Shown here: positions 1 through 12,702 of the stretch, piece by piece
Layout of the letters: every line of letters starts with the position of its first letter
Numbering within the stretch: position 1 is the stretch's first letter
Notes under the pieces: model-generated
What the model saw: only the letters and a program-made list of their open reading frames with translations
Told to the model about the DNA's origin: nothing
Databases searched by the model: none
Assembly: GCA_964247055.1 (NCBI GenBank)
Contig: OZ176051.1
Coordinates: 10,292,001-10,356,000 of the forward strand
Length of the DNA stretch: 64,000 bases
DNA from: Paragordius varius
Lineage: Eukaryota > Animalia > Nematomorpha
Reading direction: 5' to 3'
Made by a program: the position numbers and the translations under genes

Positions 1-60
1 ATAAAGACAACCATATTTTTTTTAAAAACCTTAATTTTATATTGTAACCTACCTTTTTAG

Positions 61-357
61 GTTGCGAAAAAAGGAATAGATATTTACACTCTCTCTATTA
101 TCACAGATTATATGGTAAATGTATGTAGAAAAAACGGTGTGCTGGTAAAATATTTGTCTTTTAATTTTTGTTTCATTATAATTTTTATGTGTAATTTAAT
201 CACTTTTCCAATCAATAAATCAATTATGGCCAAATTTTATTTAAACCATGAAAGAAAGAATATTCCAATTTTATCACATTTTTTCCATATCTCAAGCATG
301 ATATATAATAGTATGGAGCGCGTGAAGTTTGCAACACCATTTTGTAAAAACTTTTGA
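61..357 (+). CDS. Possible terminal exon(s) of an unidentified gene, convergent with CCDC124
   Basis: A tttttag acceptor at 59-60 opens a frame (VAKKGIDIYTLSIITDYMVNVCRKNGVL...) that stays open to TGA at 357. No family recognised, and the middle part looks intronic. Confidence 0.25.
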   Translation, partial: VAKKGIDIYTLSIITDYMVNVCRKNGVLVKYLSFNFCFIIIFMCNLITFPINKSIMAKFYLNHERKNIPILSHFFHISSMIYNSMERVKFATPFCKNF

Positions 358-371
358 TATTTTGAATATTG

Positions 372-2825
372 TTATGTCGTTATCGAAGATATAAGATGTT
401 CACCATTATTTATATTATTATCATCACCATTGATTTCTGCAGCCATAATCCGTGCCTTATTCGCTTGTTGGATATGTTGATTCATAGGGTTTTCAGGAGA
501 TTTTAGCCATTCTTTTCGAAGCATTTGTTTAACCTGACTGAGCCGTAAGTGTGGATTTTCTTTCTTTAAACGTTCCAGATGGCATGATTCAAAAGCGGCA
601 AATGCGGCCCGCATTCTACGTTCCGGGTGTTGGTCTATATCACTAATTTTTCCATCATTTGTGCTATAATGGATAAAAAAATGTGACAAAAAAACGGAAA
701 ATGAAAAACTAAATTTGGAGGGGGAAAATGGAAAACAAAGTGGCAGTTTTTTATTCTGAGTTAAGTTTGAATGGCTATATTTTTTCAATTATAATTTTGA
801 TTGTAATTCATCGAGCCCTAAACGGCTTGATTAGATAATTTTACGGAAATTGTATATTGATATTTTTCAATAATTTTTTTTTAATTTTATCCTATCTATA
901 AAATAACCCATTTTTAAATTATTAAAGCTGGTGGTTTTCTGTATCTTGATATCAGAAATTTTTAAAAAGTATAAGGCCCCGAGATAACAGAAACTATTGG
1001 ATATAAATGTATGAGATTTCAATAAATAAACTACTGCGAACTTATGCGACTTAAAAAAATGTCATATTGGGTAGGCAAGTATCTAAGGGGAAAATTAAAT
1101 ATGCTGGTCGTGCTTATCGATATACTGTAAATTTTAACTGACAACAATAATTATTGATTAGCTTTATATAAGTTAGTGGTGGGTTAAAACCATTTCTACC
1201 TTATACCAAATTTTTTTATCAAAAAATGAGCATAAAAATAGATGTATACATATACAAATGGTTCTATATATATATTTATGCCAATTTTTAAAAAAAAAAT
1301 TTTTTAAAGTTAAAGCTGGTAAAATTTTGCAACTTAATAGAATTAAGGCAACGGTATTCCCGAAAGAGGGGCGTGAAAAATTTGGAGAATTTAATTATAT
1401 AAAACTAGAAACAAAATGAAGGATTCCAGGTGCGAATTAAAGATTTGTCACCGATATGTAAAATATATTTCAAAAATGCAGATATAAGGATCTCATTGAT
1501 TGGGATTTACATAATATTGTGATTTTATATTTTTTGATTTTTTTGAGAGGGGGGCGCAAGAATTTATATTTTAATTTGGTGGGGCGTGAACAAAAAGTTG
1601 GAAACCAGTGTCTTAAGGCATACACAATTACAAAGATATAAAACTTAAAAATAATTTCGAAAACTATAAAACTGCCGCTCTTTAACTAATATTTGGCTTT
1701 GGTATTTTATGATTTGACTTTGCATTAAAATAAAAGTGTGAATAATTCCTATACCACAAATCGGGTCCTTGTTAAACGAAGCCCAAAAAAACATAAATAA
1801 ACGTTTTAAATGTGTTAGTATGTAACAAATATATAATTATAATGTAAGAGTTATATATAGTTTTCATTTTTGTAAAAAAGGGTTGGCGCATAGACATTTT
1901 CTTTAATATAATCGAATTTCGCTTAAAAACCTGTGTAAGAGAACAACTAAAAGACTTTTGCAAATATGGTTACTGCAAAACTATTATATATAAAATGATA
2001 TTAATGCATACTTTAAAAGTGACAATGCTTGATCAACATTCCTGGCCTGGTCATCTAAGCTAAAACTTTTGTTAAAATTTTCTTCCAATTCAATCGGTTG
2101 AACGACATTCGATAATTTTGTGGATATCTCTATATTTATTATTGTTACAAAAGGGTTTACTGTTGTTTAGGGCTTCCAGTTCGGAAGATTTCTTATTTGC
2201 GATAGAAAAATGGGTTACTTTGTTGACCATTTGTGTGGTTGGTTTTCCCTTCAATTGACTCATTTCATCCTCATACACTTTTTTATTTTCCATTTTTCGC
2301 ATCAGCGCTTCTTGTTTTTTGCGTTCCATCTCGTCCTAAAAATAAAAAGTTTATAACTGATAAAACAAATCTAAAATGATTAGAAAAAGAGGCTACATTA
2401 TATAAAAAGTTATTTGCTAATTTTAAATTCTTCCGAACTCCATTAATTCGTAAAGTTGATCTATATTTCAACAAATGTTAGTACATATCTAATTAAAATA
2501 AAAAATTGTATCAATTTGATATTCCTAGTAATGAGAAAAACATAAAATTATTCAATCAACGTTAATAACTGCGGTTAAGAAATATAATTTTATAAGCGCT
2601 AAATACTGAAGTGATTCGCAACTATAATTATTAATTGATGATGGCTTAAAATAGAATTGATATTACCTTTCTTTGGTTTTTTCGGTTAATAATTTTATCA
2701 TCATCTCTCCATAATTCATCTTCTTTCTCTTGTTTTATTTTTTCTTTTTCTTGTAACTTTTTTTCCTCAATCCGTGCTCTGGCCTCTGCAGCTTTTGAAT
2801 TTTCTCCTTTAAATTTTTTGGGCAT
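372..2825 (-). CDS. CCDC124: Coiled-coil domain-containing protein 124 (Lso2-like hibernation factor), 4 exons, 247 aa
   Basis: Exons complement(2667-2825, 2161-2335, 2012-2129, 372-663) give one open frame. It starts MPKKFKGENSKAAEARAR and contains LEENFNK..ARNVDQALSLL and HPERRMRAAFAAFE..LERLKKENPHLRLSQVKQMLRKEWLKSPENPMNQ. Introns are 331, 31 and 1348 nt, all GT-AG. Confidence 0.95.
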
Positions 2826-2873
2826 TTAAAATTTTGAGCCAAATGATTATCTGAATGTAATGTTAACAGATGT

Positions 2874-5800
2874 ATGGATATCCAGAGGGAAACAGTAAAT
2901 ATTTTTCATGTCCCCAACGAAATTATAATTGATTGCTTATGCTCAGATATTTTAAGCGATAATGATATATTATCATTTGCTTCATCTTGTCATTTATACA
3001 ATAATCTAGTCAAACCATCTCAAAAATTATGGAAATTGAGATTTGTTAGAAGGTAATTAATTTGGATTACCTACTATAGATGGCCAAATGTAATTTTAAC
3101 TATTGTTGATGATTGGTTTGGTTGTTATAGGTCTCGTATATATTTTAACAAGAAATTCCGAGAACTCATAGCCAAATTGGCTTACGAACAATATTACGTA
3201 ATTATTTTTGTTATATTAGAAAAAAAATATATCATCCAAACAACTCACTCAATTTTATGTGTTAATGACAACTTCCGATAACGGATATCATTTTATTATT
3301 GATGAATTAACATCTCTAATATTTTGCACAGACAAATATCAAGAATTGACTCTAAAATATTATGCCGAAATAATCCTCAACTATATATCACAACATATAA
3401 CTCGAAGAGATTTGGACATATATTTACAATCAACTGAAAAAAATCTAGAAAAAGGTAGAAATTAATTTAATATGCAAATTTGTAATGCAATCAACCTCTT
3501 TCCCTTTATACTAATCTCATAAAATTAATTTAAAAAAATGCATTTTTTCCCAAAAATTAATATTTTTCTAAATATGCTTTGGAAAAATAACTAAATTTTG
3601 TTTTTTAATTATTTTTAGCGTATTATCAGGTTTTTAAAGTAGAGTTTACTTATATGATAATTTTAAAAAAAACCTTATAAACCAGATTGCCAGATGATTT
3701 TACAAGAACTCATTATTATTTGTCACTATTTTTTTGAAGAGATTATAATAGCTTTTTACCCTAAAAAATTGAAGCATTTTAAATATGCTATCATTAATTA
3801 GTATGATGAAAAGCCACACTTATCAAATCAAACTACAGGATTCACGTTCCAAAGAGTTTTGTGGCTAATATAAAGGGAAAGTCTATGTTTTAGAACTGAT
3901 CTTTTTTATTCGTAGCTAAACATGGTTTAAAGGCGAAAAAAGATAATTATTGAAAATATAGTTGCGGACAAGGAAGCCTACCCTACAAACTTTTTGTTTG
4001 ATGAGGACTTTATTTTAGTATAATAATTTATTGAAATGGGGTATCTGGAAGACATATTATGTGTAGTCATCAATTCATGGTGAGTGTTTTGATTAAATTA
4101 AGGTTAAGATATATCATATTAAGAGTGACAAAAGAATGAATGACAGACGATATTAAAAGGTCAATATCATTATCATAGACAATCTTTGCACATTTTAGGA
4201 CGCATTTATCGAAACCTGATTGTTGTTTTATAATTCACAAATAATCGATTTTAATAATAATTTATCTAGGTGTTAATCTTGTCCCAGAACGATCTTAACC
4301 GATTTACAAAAAGTCGGATAATAGATCACATTATAAAATTTGTTAAAGAAATATCATTATTTTTCCATCGTCTCTAAAATTAAGCATTGTCTATGAGGAC
4401 TGACCTTTTAGTAACGGCATTTATAGTTAATAAAATATTCTCTATTTATTCTTTCTATATAACCTTCACATAATCAATTATAAATTCTTTTATCCAAAAA
4501 TACAAAAATGAATATATTTGATCATCAATTATATGTCTACTAGATACACCACTCAATTAAGTATGATAATTTATTAAAAAACTTTTAAATACATCTTATT
4601 CGAATAAAAAGTTTTCTGGATTAGGCTTATTTTTCCCACCAACACTCTACATTGGACAGATAATTTTTTTGCCTTTAAACCATGTTTGTTGTTGTTGAGC
4701 TTGTAATCGATTATCCACCATTAGCGATTTTATAAGAAAACTTCCTCAACTTGGTCGTAATCTTTTTGATATAGTTTTTGCAGTGACATTTTGGAAAGTG
4801 ATAAAATTTTGTCTATCCAACAAATACGTGTTCGGCCTCTTCCTCTCTTATTTTTCCTAAACACCCTATTCTTGTCAGAAATCCCCGATTTATGTGTACA
4901 AAATAACCAACTGACAATAAATTAGACCATATCTAAAACACATTTACCCTTATTAAATTAGCCACGAAATCTCTTCAGTTTGGGAAACCAGGCTGCTCAA
5001 AAGGGTTAATCTTGTAGTTTGATTTGATATATTATCCACTCATCAAGTGACACTGTATTCCTACATTAGCCTTTTGTCAATAGTTCCAAAATTAAATGTG
5101 ATACAACAACACTCAAATTTCCTAATTTATTAGTGAGAGTGGCAATAATGGACTATCGATTGTTTTACACTTCCTTTTCATGCGATCGTGTGTTACTTTC
5201 AATCGAGACGCTTAACCGAATTTAAAATTCTTTTGACAATTATTATCGCTAAAATTAATGAAATTGACTAGTAGTCGTACTTCCCATATAATATTCTTTG
5301 ATGTTTTATTGGTGACCATTCATACAAAGTTTTTTTGATTGGATAATTCAAATTTAATCGAACTTGTTTGGGGCATTGTAGGTTTAAATTTGGTTTTATG
5401 TAGGATTCAATGATTTATTTAAATGCATACATATGGATGAATCCTGGGTTTTTAAAACATACTCATGCATTAGCCCACACACCAATGTATTTTTATTTAA
5501 AGTTATTTATTATTATTCTTTCCCAAATTATTCGACTATTGTTGTCAAATCGCCACTAATTTTAGTATTAAATGTTGACACCTTTCATCTATCGACAGTG
5601 TTGTTTCGTTCTTGTATTCTATATTTTGCTGTATAACGTTTATTGTTTTTGTGGTGTCCAGAATCGGTGGCATGGTGTGTATCTCAGCAAGCATTTTTCA
5701 TTTGATTTCGGTCCAAAGAGTTTGGTTTGCATTTTTAAGTTTTCTCCAGCATTTAATCTATAATCATATATTTTTTATGTTCCTTTAATGAGTTTTTTAC

Positions 5801-8800
5801 TATATATACTTGTTTACGACCTTGTCAAACAGGTGAACTCTCTCTAAAATGTACATACATATAAAATTTCATATTATTATCATTAGCGTACCAGGTAAAG
5901 CGCAAAGTGGGTACATTTTAACATTGTAACGGTGGGTATATTAAGTGGAAATTTTGTGCAAAGTAGCTTTAAAATTGGGTTTTTTTAGGCGCTAAAAAAT
6001 AAACTTATTTAAATTATTTTACCAATTTTTGCTGGTCCATTTAAAAAAAGCATATCTATATCGCCAATTTTCGAGATAGGTTGCACATCTGCATTTAATA
6101 GATTATTCAGTTTGATAAAAAGATTCACTATTCGAAGCGCATTGTTTATCGAAGCTGTTGATTAGTATTTTATCACAATGCAGCATTCTTTATAATTATA
6201 TATCACGCGCACTTTAAAAGCAAGTTGGTCCTTAAACATTTCTGGGATTTGAACGTTGGTTTTTGAACACTTAAAGTTGGTCCTTGAACATTTTAAGCTG
6301 GTATAACTTATTGTCTTGTTTTCTTTTATTATCATTCATTTATTTTATCATTGTTAACCTATTTTCTTTATTTATCATAAACTTTAAAGATAATATCATT
6401 TTTAATCATTCAGAAACCGTATATCTTTATTATCATAAAATATATTATATTAATTAGATATTAACATGTAAATTGAAAATATACAAGTTTTCTGATATAA
6501 TAATTACAATTTTTGTTAGAAATATTTAGTTAATAATTATGTTAAATTGGCGAAAATTTGTTTGAAACAAAAAATTAGTTTTTGAGTAAAAAAATTTATT
6601 TTTAAATGAATAATATAAAAAATAAAGGAAATTAGGTTAAAAAAATAAAATAAAAAACAAAAGAAAATATATGGCTAAATTTAAAAATTTAAGGGCCAAG
6701 TCTAAATAAAATTAACCTAATTGATAATAAAGACACTTTTTTGAGCATGCTCTTAAACTTCCATTTGTTAAAAAAATTTATACTTTTTCTTACAAAAATT
6801 TAATGTTTTATCACGTATCTAATTTAATTTTTTTGGTAACTTATTTTTAAAAAGTTATTTTGTACTATATTTTAGGAATTTATTTATTCAATTTATGGCA
6901 TCAACCTAAACTCTTGCTAACGAATGAATTGGAAAAAACCGCACAAACTTTGGACGAAATGGCTAATGATATATGGAATGAATTAGTATGTGAATCATCA
7001 AATAATATAAAATTATTTGCAAAATATTGCAGTGATAGTATCTCACTTCATTCAGGCACTGATAAGAAGAAAACTCTGATAACTAGATCCGGTAAAAATA
7101 TTTTTTTAATTATTGGACAGAACATGACTCTTTTTTTTTAAACTGTTTAGATACTATAACGGGTAGAAATACGGTTTTAAAAACGTGTTTTTTTTTCAGT
7201 TTTTATAAGAGTTTATCTTGTTTTTGATTAATAAAAGTTCAGTTTTTTAGATAATCAAAATAAAATTTAATAAAAATATTTTGAGCTTGCTCATTTTAAA
7301 GTAGCTATCTCTATTAACAAAAATTAGACAATTTATCTTATTGATAAAAGAACGGCATAGACTTAACTTTTTTAGCGCAACAAAATGATGTTGAACCGAA
7401 AATAATTTTAATTTTTATGAAATAAAATATTTTATTTATATTTTTATATAATCCATATAGAATATCTTAATTTACGCCTTACCAATAAAATATCCGCATT
7501 GACCAGTGAAATGGAAATAAGCATACTTAAGGCGATTGGCAATTATTTATTTTTACAAAAAGGATTTACAGGAAATTTGGATCATGATCAGTGGATTGAA
7601 AATACTTTCTTAAATATTGTAAGATTTATTTGCTGAATTTTGCTTTAATATATTTGATATTCTTCGCCTTTTAATTTTATATCAGTAAATAACTATTTTA
7701 TTAGTAATTATGCTGGAAAGTTGTTAATTATTGCCAAATAGTAAATACAACTGTTAAAAGGGTTATTATCATACGTTGTTTAAGTTTGCGGATGATGAGG
7801 CAGGAATGCTGATTGATATTTCCGGGTTATCTAGATTTTTAGTCTTTTACTTCTCCCGTCTTCTCCTTCGGCCGACCAATCCATGCGATTCTTTAATTGA
7901 TCAGCATGTTTGCGGATAATTTTGCCATTGTCGTTGACATTGTACGATAACCCGATTTGTCCCTCCCTCCAACCAGTACACAATTCATTCTTCATATATA
8001 CCTTTTGCCCCTTTTCAAACTCCTGCGGAATGTCGGGAGTATCCATAAATTCGTTGGGTTTCGTTTTCATCCATGTAAATGGGCTTTGCATACTTCTTTT
8101 TAGAAACAAATGCGCGGGGGTCTTGGCGCGTTATATCAAGAATGAATTGTGTACTGGTTGGAGGGAGGGACAAATCGTCGACAGAACGGGACGGTTATCG
8201 TACAATGTCAACGACAATGGCAAAATTATCCGCAAACATGCTGATCAATTAAATATCGCATGGATTGGTCGGCCGAAGGAGAAGACGGGAGAAGTGAGGA
8301 AAAGACTAAAAATCTAGATAACCTGGAAATATCAATCAGCATTCCTAACTCATCATCCGCAAACTTAAACAACGTATGATAATAACCCTTTTAACAACAA
8401 CAAAAGACAATAATATTGGCATATAGTTATTTTTTTCACTTTTTACTATTATTAGATAGGCACAACGCAATATAGGCCAATAATATAATTCTCTTTGCGA
8501 TTTGGCAATAATTAATAACTTTCCAGCAATAACTTGCTATTACTCTATTTTCAGTCCATATGCGAATAACCGAAAATTATATAATGTTTTTGTTTAGGTT
8601 CTAACCAAAAAAACTGGACTTCCTATATCTCTTTGCGTTCTTTACGTATTATTGGCCCAAAGATTGGGCATATCGGATAATTTGAAAATATTGGATTTCC
8701 CTAAACGTGTTATATTACGTTATACCCCTCATGAAAATAACTCGTATGTATCATCTTTTAAGTGAGTTAGTTGTTTTACAATCAAATATGCAGTAAAACT

Positions 8801-11238
8801 TAAAATCACACGGACAAAACGTAAAATATAAAGACAAATATATTTTTCTAAATGACAACCATGCTTTTTAAATCTTGATTTATTGAATATAACTCATTGT
8901 TTTAAACAACAAAGTATGAAAAGATAATCATGGGTAACACAATCAATTATATATATTATAATTGTAAATATATCATTTATGAGAAAAATTAAAATTTAAA
9001 AAACTATGGTTTTCTTTTAGAAAAAAATATTTGTCTTTGTATTTTTACGTTTTGTCCGTATAATTTCAGTTTTTACTGTATTATTATTTTGTTTTTTAGT
9101 TTTTTTTTAATTTATTTTGAATATGATAATAAAAATAAGCGAAATTTTCGCTGTTTATACATAAATATTTCATTAAATATTTTAGCGATAATCGAAATTC
9201 TGATACTATATTTATTGACCCATACAACGGGGGTTCCTTCATGAATTACAATGAATTGCAAGTCGCACCATTCGTCGATCATATATTGGAGGAAAATGAT
9301 TTTCCTATCGCTGATACCAAAATGGTATATAAATTTGTGTTTCAATAAATTTTTGTTGTAAACATATAAATAATAAATTTAATTATGATTATTATTTTGT
9401 GTTTGTATAAATTCCATTTTTTACCATTTATTTTTGTATTTTAATTATTATTTAGACTTTTAATTAAATATTCCATTTTTTATTATTAGTGAGATTAATA
9501 AATTACTACAGATATATGGATATATCGTTCGGTTATGGTTAAAATATTTATGTTGAAACTTTATTGCTAAAATTTTATTATAGGCTGTTCGATTTATAAA
9601 AAATAATTTTATGTTTACAATGCTGCAAATGATATTAGGTTTTGCAACGGATGGCCCGCAATTTGATAGCCAATTTGTACGTTAACACGGAAGATATGAT
9701 CACATTTTCCCGTTTTCGTTACGCAGTTGAATGTTCACTCATTTTAGATCCTGAAGATTTTGATATGCGTTTCTTGCTTTTAAAATTGTACCTTTACCTC
9801 GATATAGAATTTGAAAAGGTAAAATATTTTTCGCACTATTGTTAATTACTTTTATAATTCTTATAATTTAATTTTTGATTCCGTAAAAGGTCATAGAAAA
9901 TTTGAATGATTTAGCTGGCCGTGGATTGCATAAAGCTTTATGTCAAACGTTGTTAACTGAAGCTAAACACAAAATGTTGTTAGATGAAAATAGAACAGTA
10001 ATATTATAATTTATACAAATAATTTTTTGTTTGAAAGAATTGGTGTTTTTGTAAAGGAAGGAGAATACCCCTAAAATTAAAGGTATGAAACGATTAACTG
10101 GTACAAAAACTCACTCATCAAGTTTAAATTTTTCAAAATTTAATAAAAAAATTTAAATTTCAAACATATAGCTTTTTATTGGAACAGCTAAATTTAATTT
10201 TGGTTGCATTTTTTGATTTTTCAACAAAAAAATAATTTCAAATATTTGGTTAAAATACTAATCTAATTAACACAATGAATTGAGCTTATATTTATAAGTA
10301 CGGTGTCTTCCAATTTTTAGATTACCTGTGTTTAAATATTTCACCCATATTTAATTTTACTTTTTAATCACCAAGTTAGAAATTGTTAAACGAAGTGATC
10401 CCATAAACTGCAACGTTTTGTACAGTGTTGGTATGATTATGCAACATAAACGGTAGATTGTTCTAAAATTTAATGATTTATTGGATAATTTTGATAAAAT
10501 AACTTTATGTTTTAGATATCAATATACCTGTGTAATAATATCGTGGGATCCGGTTTGTAAAGCTTCTGATGAATGGAAACTCCAAATGGGTGTTGCTAAT
10601 CTTGAACAAAATGGTGAATATCAACCATTTTATCATGTATTGGTTCAGGATGGTACTAATCGATACGCAGCTCAGGGTAGGCCTCCTGTATAATTTTGTA
10701 GATTTAATCACAATATGCATTTTAATGGAGCTTATTACAAACTATAGTAGGGTCATTTGCAAACAGGAATGTATGGAAAAAACGAAAGGAAATAATTGTT
10801 TATTCAATATTTTGTTGTTTTATCCATATGCTACTGAACCAAAATTACCCAACTAAGCAACCATTTAAATACTTTATTATGAAGTTTTAAACTATTAAGA
10901 TAAATTGAAAGATTGATAACTAGAAAACATTAAGTGATTCTATATTACGTATGATCAGTATGACTTTTCTAAAAAAATATTTTTATATTTATTATATATA
11001 TTCTTTCATTTCATTTTTTGGCACAGAAAATTTGACTTACTGTCCGAATCCTATATTTGTTGATCATAATCAAATCGGAATGTATTTTGAAGAGTTCATG
11101 GGAACCCATTTTGTCGCCAATCCTCGAAAAAGAGAGGAATATCCTGAAGATTATGAATATCTCTCTCATATAGTTCAAAAACTTTATCGCCCTGTTGATA
11201 TGAAAAATAGAATATATACCCTAATAAATGAAATTTAG
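2874..11238 (+). CDS. FBXO21: F-box only protein 21 (F-box + transglutaminase-like core + YccV/HspQ-like C-terminal domain), about 13 exons
   Basis: Exons 2874-3052, 3080-3197, 3220-3454, 6876-7091, 7461-7618, 8598-8743, 9186-9324, 9639-9818, 9890-9997, 10061-10082 (uncertain), 10380-10452, 10516-10676 and 11027-11238 join in frame. Motifs follow FBXO21 order: F-box..LWKLRFVRRWP, VLTKKTGLPISLCVLY, IFIDPYNGG, VLQRMARNL, YSVGMIMQHKRYQYTCVIISWDP, QPFYHVLVQDGTNRYAAQENL, IGMYFEEFMGTHF. Confidence 0.95.
4750..5850 (-). mobile_element. Decayed RTE-like LINE fragment in FBXO21 intron 3
   Basis: The minus strand near 4770-4870 reads ..KIRGRGRTRICWIDKILSLSKMSL, resembling the RTE C-terminal GKRxRGRPRxRWxD motif. 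Upstream sequence is stop-riddled. Boundaries are approximate. Confidence 0.45.
7752..8396. mobile_element. Palindromic non-autonomous element with TGT...ACA ends and a 5-bp TSD, built from a Gypsy-type integrase 3' end (Ginger-like)
   Basis: Inverted arms 7752-7998 and 8132-8396 flank a 133-bp spacer. ACAAC sits on both sides (7747-7751, 8397-8401). The minus strand encodes TPAHLFLKR..FEKGQKVYMKNELCTGWREGQI..GRLSYNVNDNGKIIRKHADQLK, a typical Gypsy integrase C-terminus. Confidence 0.8.
8791..9078. mobile_element. Tc1/mariner-like MITE (family D), FBXO21 intron 6
   Basis: About 50-bp TIRs (CAGTAAAA..acggacaaaacgtaaaa / ttttacgttttgtccgt..TTTTACTG) with TA at the right flank. Related copies lie at 37157-37434 and 47990-48045. 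Confidence 0.7.
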
Positions 11239-11320
11239 TATTAATTATTTCTTTCGTTTATTATTCTCTTTTCAAAAATTTTAAAACAATAAACTGGTGT
11301 AATGCGTTTTCTATGCCGAA

Positions 11321-12460
11321 TCTATATATTTATAAAAATGGAAAATGCTGGCTTTGTGATCTGGTACAGGAAAAACGGTAGACCCAATCAAATCCAAACT
11401 TCGAAAAAATATAATCATTAATGAATGCCCCGACAATAGCTTCGCCCTTTTTGTGAAATAGGTCCCAAGTTCGGGCCCACCCCGTGTGAAAAACGGTTTT
11501 TTTTTGAAAACAGAAGTCCACAAAAATCGTGTCTTTGAGACAATTTTCTGGAGAACGTGTTGGACCATTCAATTTCAAATACGATTTTTGTTTACTTATT
11601 TTCGATTGCGCCGAACATAGTCGAGTCACTTTCTTGATTTAGACCCTCTTTTTACCCGCTACCCCCGTAAAATGCCACCTTTTTCAAAAAACAAAGTCCA
11701 CAAAAATAATTTTTTAAATCGATTTTTCGCCCTAGGTATGAGACCGTAAAAATTCAATATGGATTCCACGTATTCCCTGTTTAAAGGCAAAAATTTTAGT
11801 CAGGCGTTTCTTTGATGATAGCTGCTGGGTAAGGAGCTACCCGCTAAAAACTGATTCCTCATGTAACTTTGTGATCTGTTTCCGGAAAACCGCCCATATA
11901 AATTCAAACATCGAAAAAATTTAATCATTAATGAATGCCCCGACAATAGCTTCGCCCTTTTTTGGAATTAGGTCCCCAGTTCGGGCCTACCCCGTGTGAA
12001 AAATGGGTTAAGTCAATTTTTTGAAGAACGTGTTGGACCATTCAATTTTAAATATGATTTTTGTTTACTTATTTTTGATCGCGCTGAACATAGGCGACTC
12101 ACTTTTTTGATTTAGGCCCTCTTTTTACCCGATACCCCTGTAAAATGCCATTTTTTTCAAAAAAAATTAAGTCCACAAAAATAATTTTTTGATTGTATTT
12201 TTTTGCCCAAGGTATGAGACTGTAAAAATTCGAGAAGGATTTTTCGTATTGCCTGTTAAAAGGCAAAAATTTTAGTCAAGCGTTTCTTTGATGATAGCTG
12301 CTGGGTAAGGAGCTACCCGCTAAAAACTGATTCCTCATGTAACTTTGTGATCTGCTACCGGAAAACCGGTAGACCCATTCAAATCCAAACTTCGAACCCC
12401 CCCTCCCCAGAAGTCCGAAGGACTTCCTCGGGCTGCTTAGCAGCACGAGATTTACGCTAG
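11321..12460 (+). mobile_element. Non-autonomous Helitron, copy 1
   Basis: 5' a|TCTATATATTTATAAAAATGG. The 3' end has GC hairpins (GAAGTCCgaaGGACTTC; CTCGgGCTGCttaGCAGCaCGAG) then CTAG|t. Inserted between A and T with no TSD, and carries internal repeats of about 400-450 bp. Confidence 0.9.
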
Positions 12461-12702
12461 TAATATTATATAAATAGAGGTCTAGTTATCATAAAAAAAT
12501 TTTTTATCATTAAATAAAAGAAAAATCAAATAATTTATTAACTAACATCAATGTGACTTAAAAAATCTTCATTAATGGGACAATATCAAATAATAGTTCT
12601 CAAGTTAAGGAATAATTTAAATACCTATTATTAATTCAATTATTTTCAGAGGAGTGTCTTTCAGAAATTACTTAAATTGCCCGCAAAAACCTCAAAATAA
12701 TA

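Noticed and set aside
3053-3219. Stop-codon reassignment (ciliate-type code) as an explanation for in-frame stops
   Set aside because: Stops fall inside GT-AG segments whose removal also fixes the frame. Genes end in TAA, TAG and TGA, and no stop aligns with a conserved Gln or Trp.
7910-8317. 135-aa plus-strand ORF
   Set aside because: It is a chimera of antisense sequence from the left arm and spacer fused to the right-arm integrase tail of the palindromic element.
10516-11238. Bacterial-like YccV/HspQ domain as possible horizontal transfer
   Set aside because: It is the normal C-terminal domain of FBXO21 and is spliced in frame with the F-box exons.
11311-11629. Recurrent similar ORFs (MVQHVLQKIVSK.., MTRLCSAQSK.., also 41376-41843 and 47034-47333) suggesting a gene family
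   Set aside because: They lie inside non-autonomous Helitron repeats, change frame between copies and have no recognisable domain.
12410-12460. GC hairpins resembling rho-independent terminators
   Set aside because: They are Helitron 3' termination hairpins followed by CTRR, with no U-tract, in a eukaryotic context.
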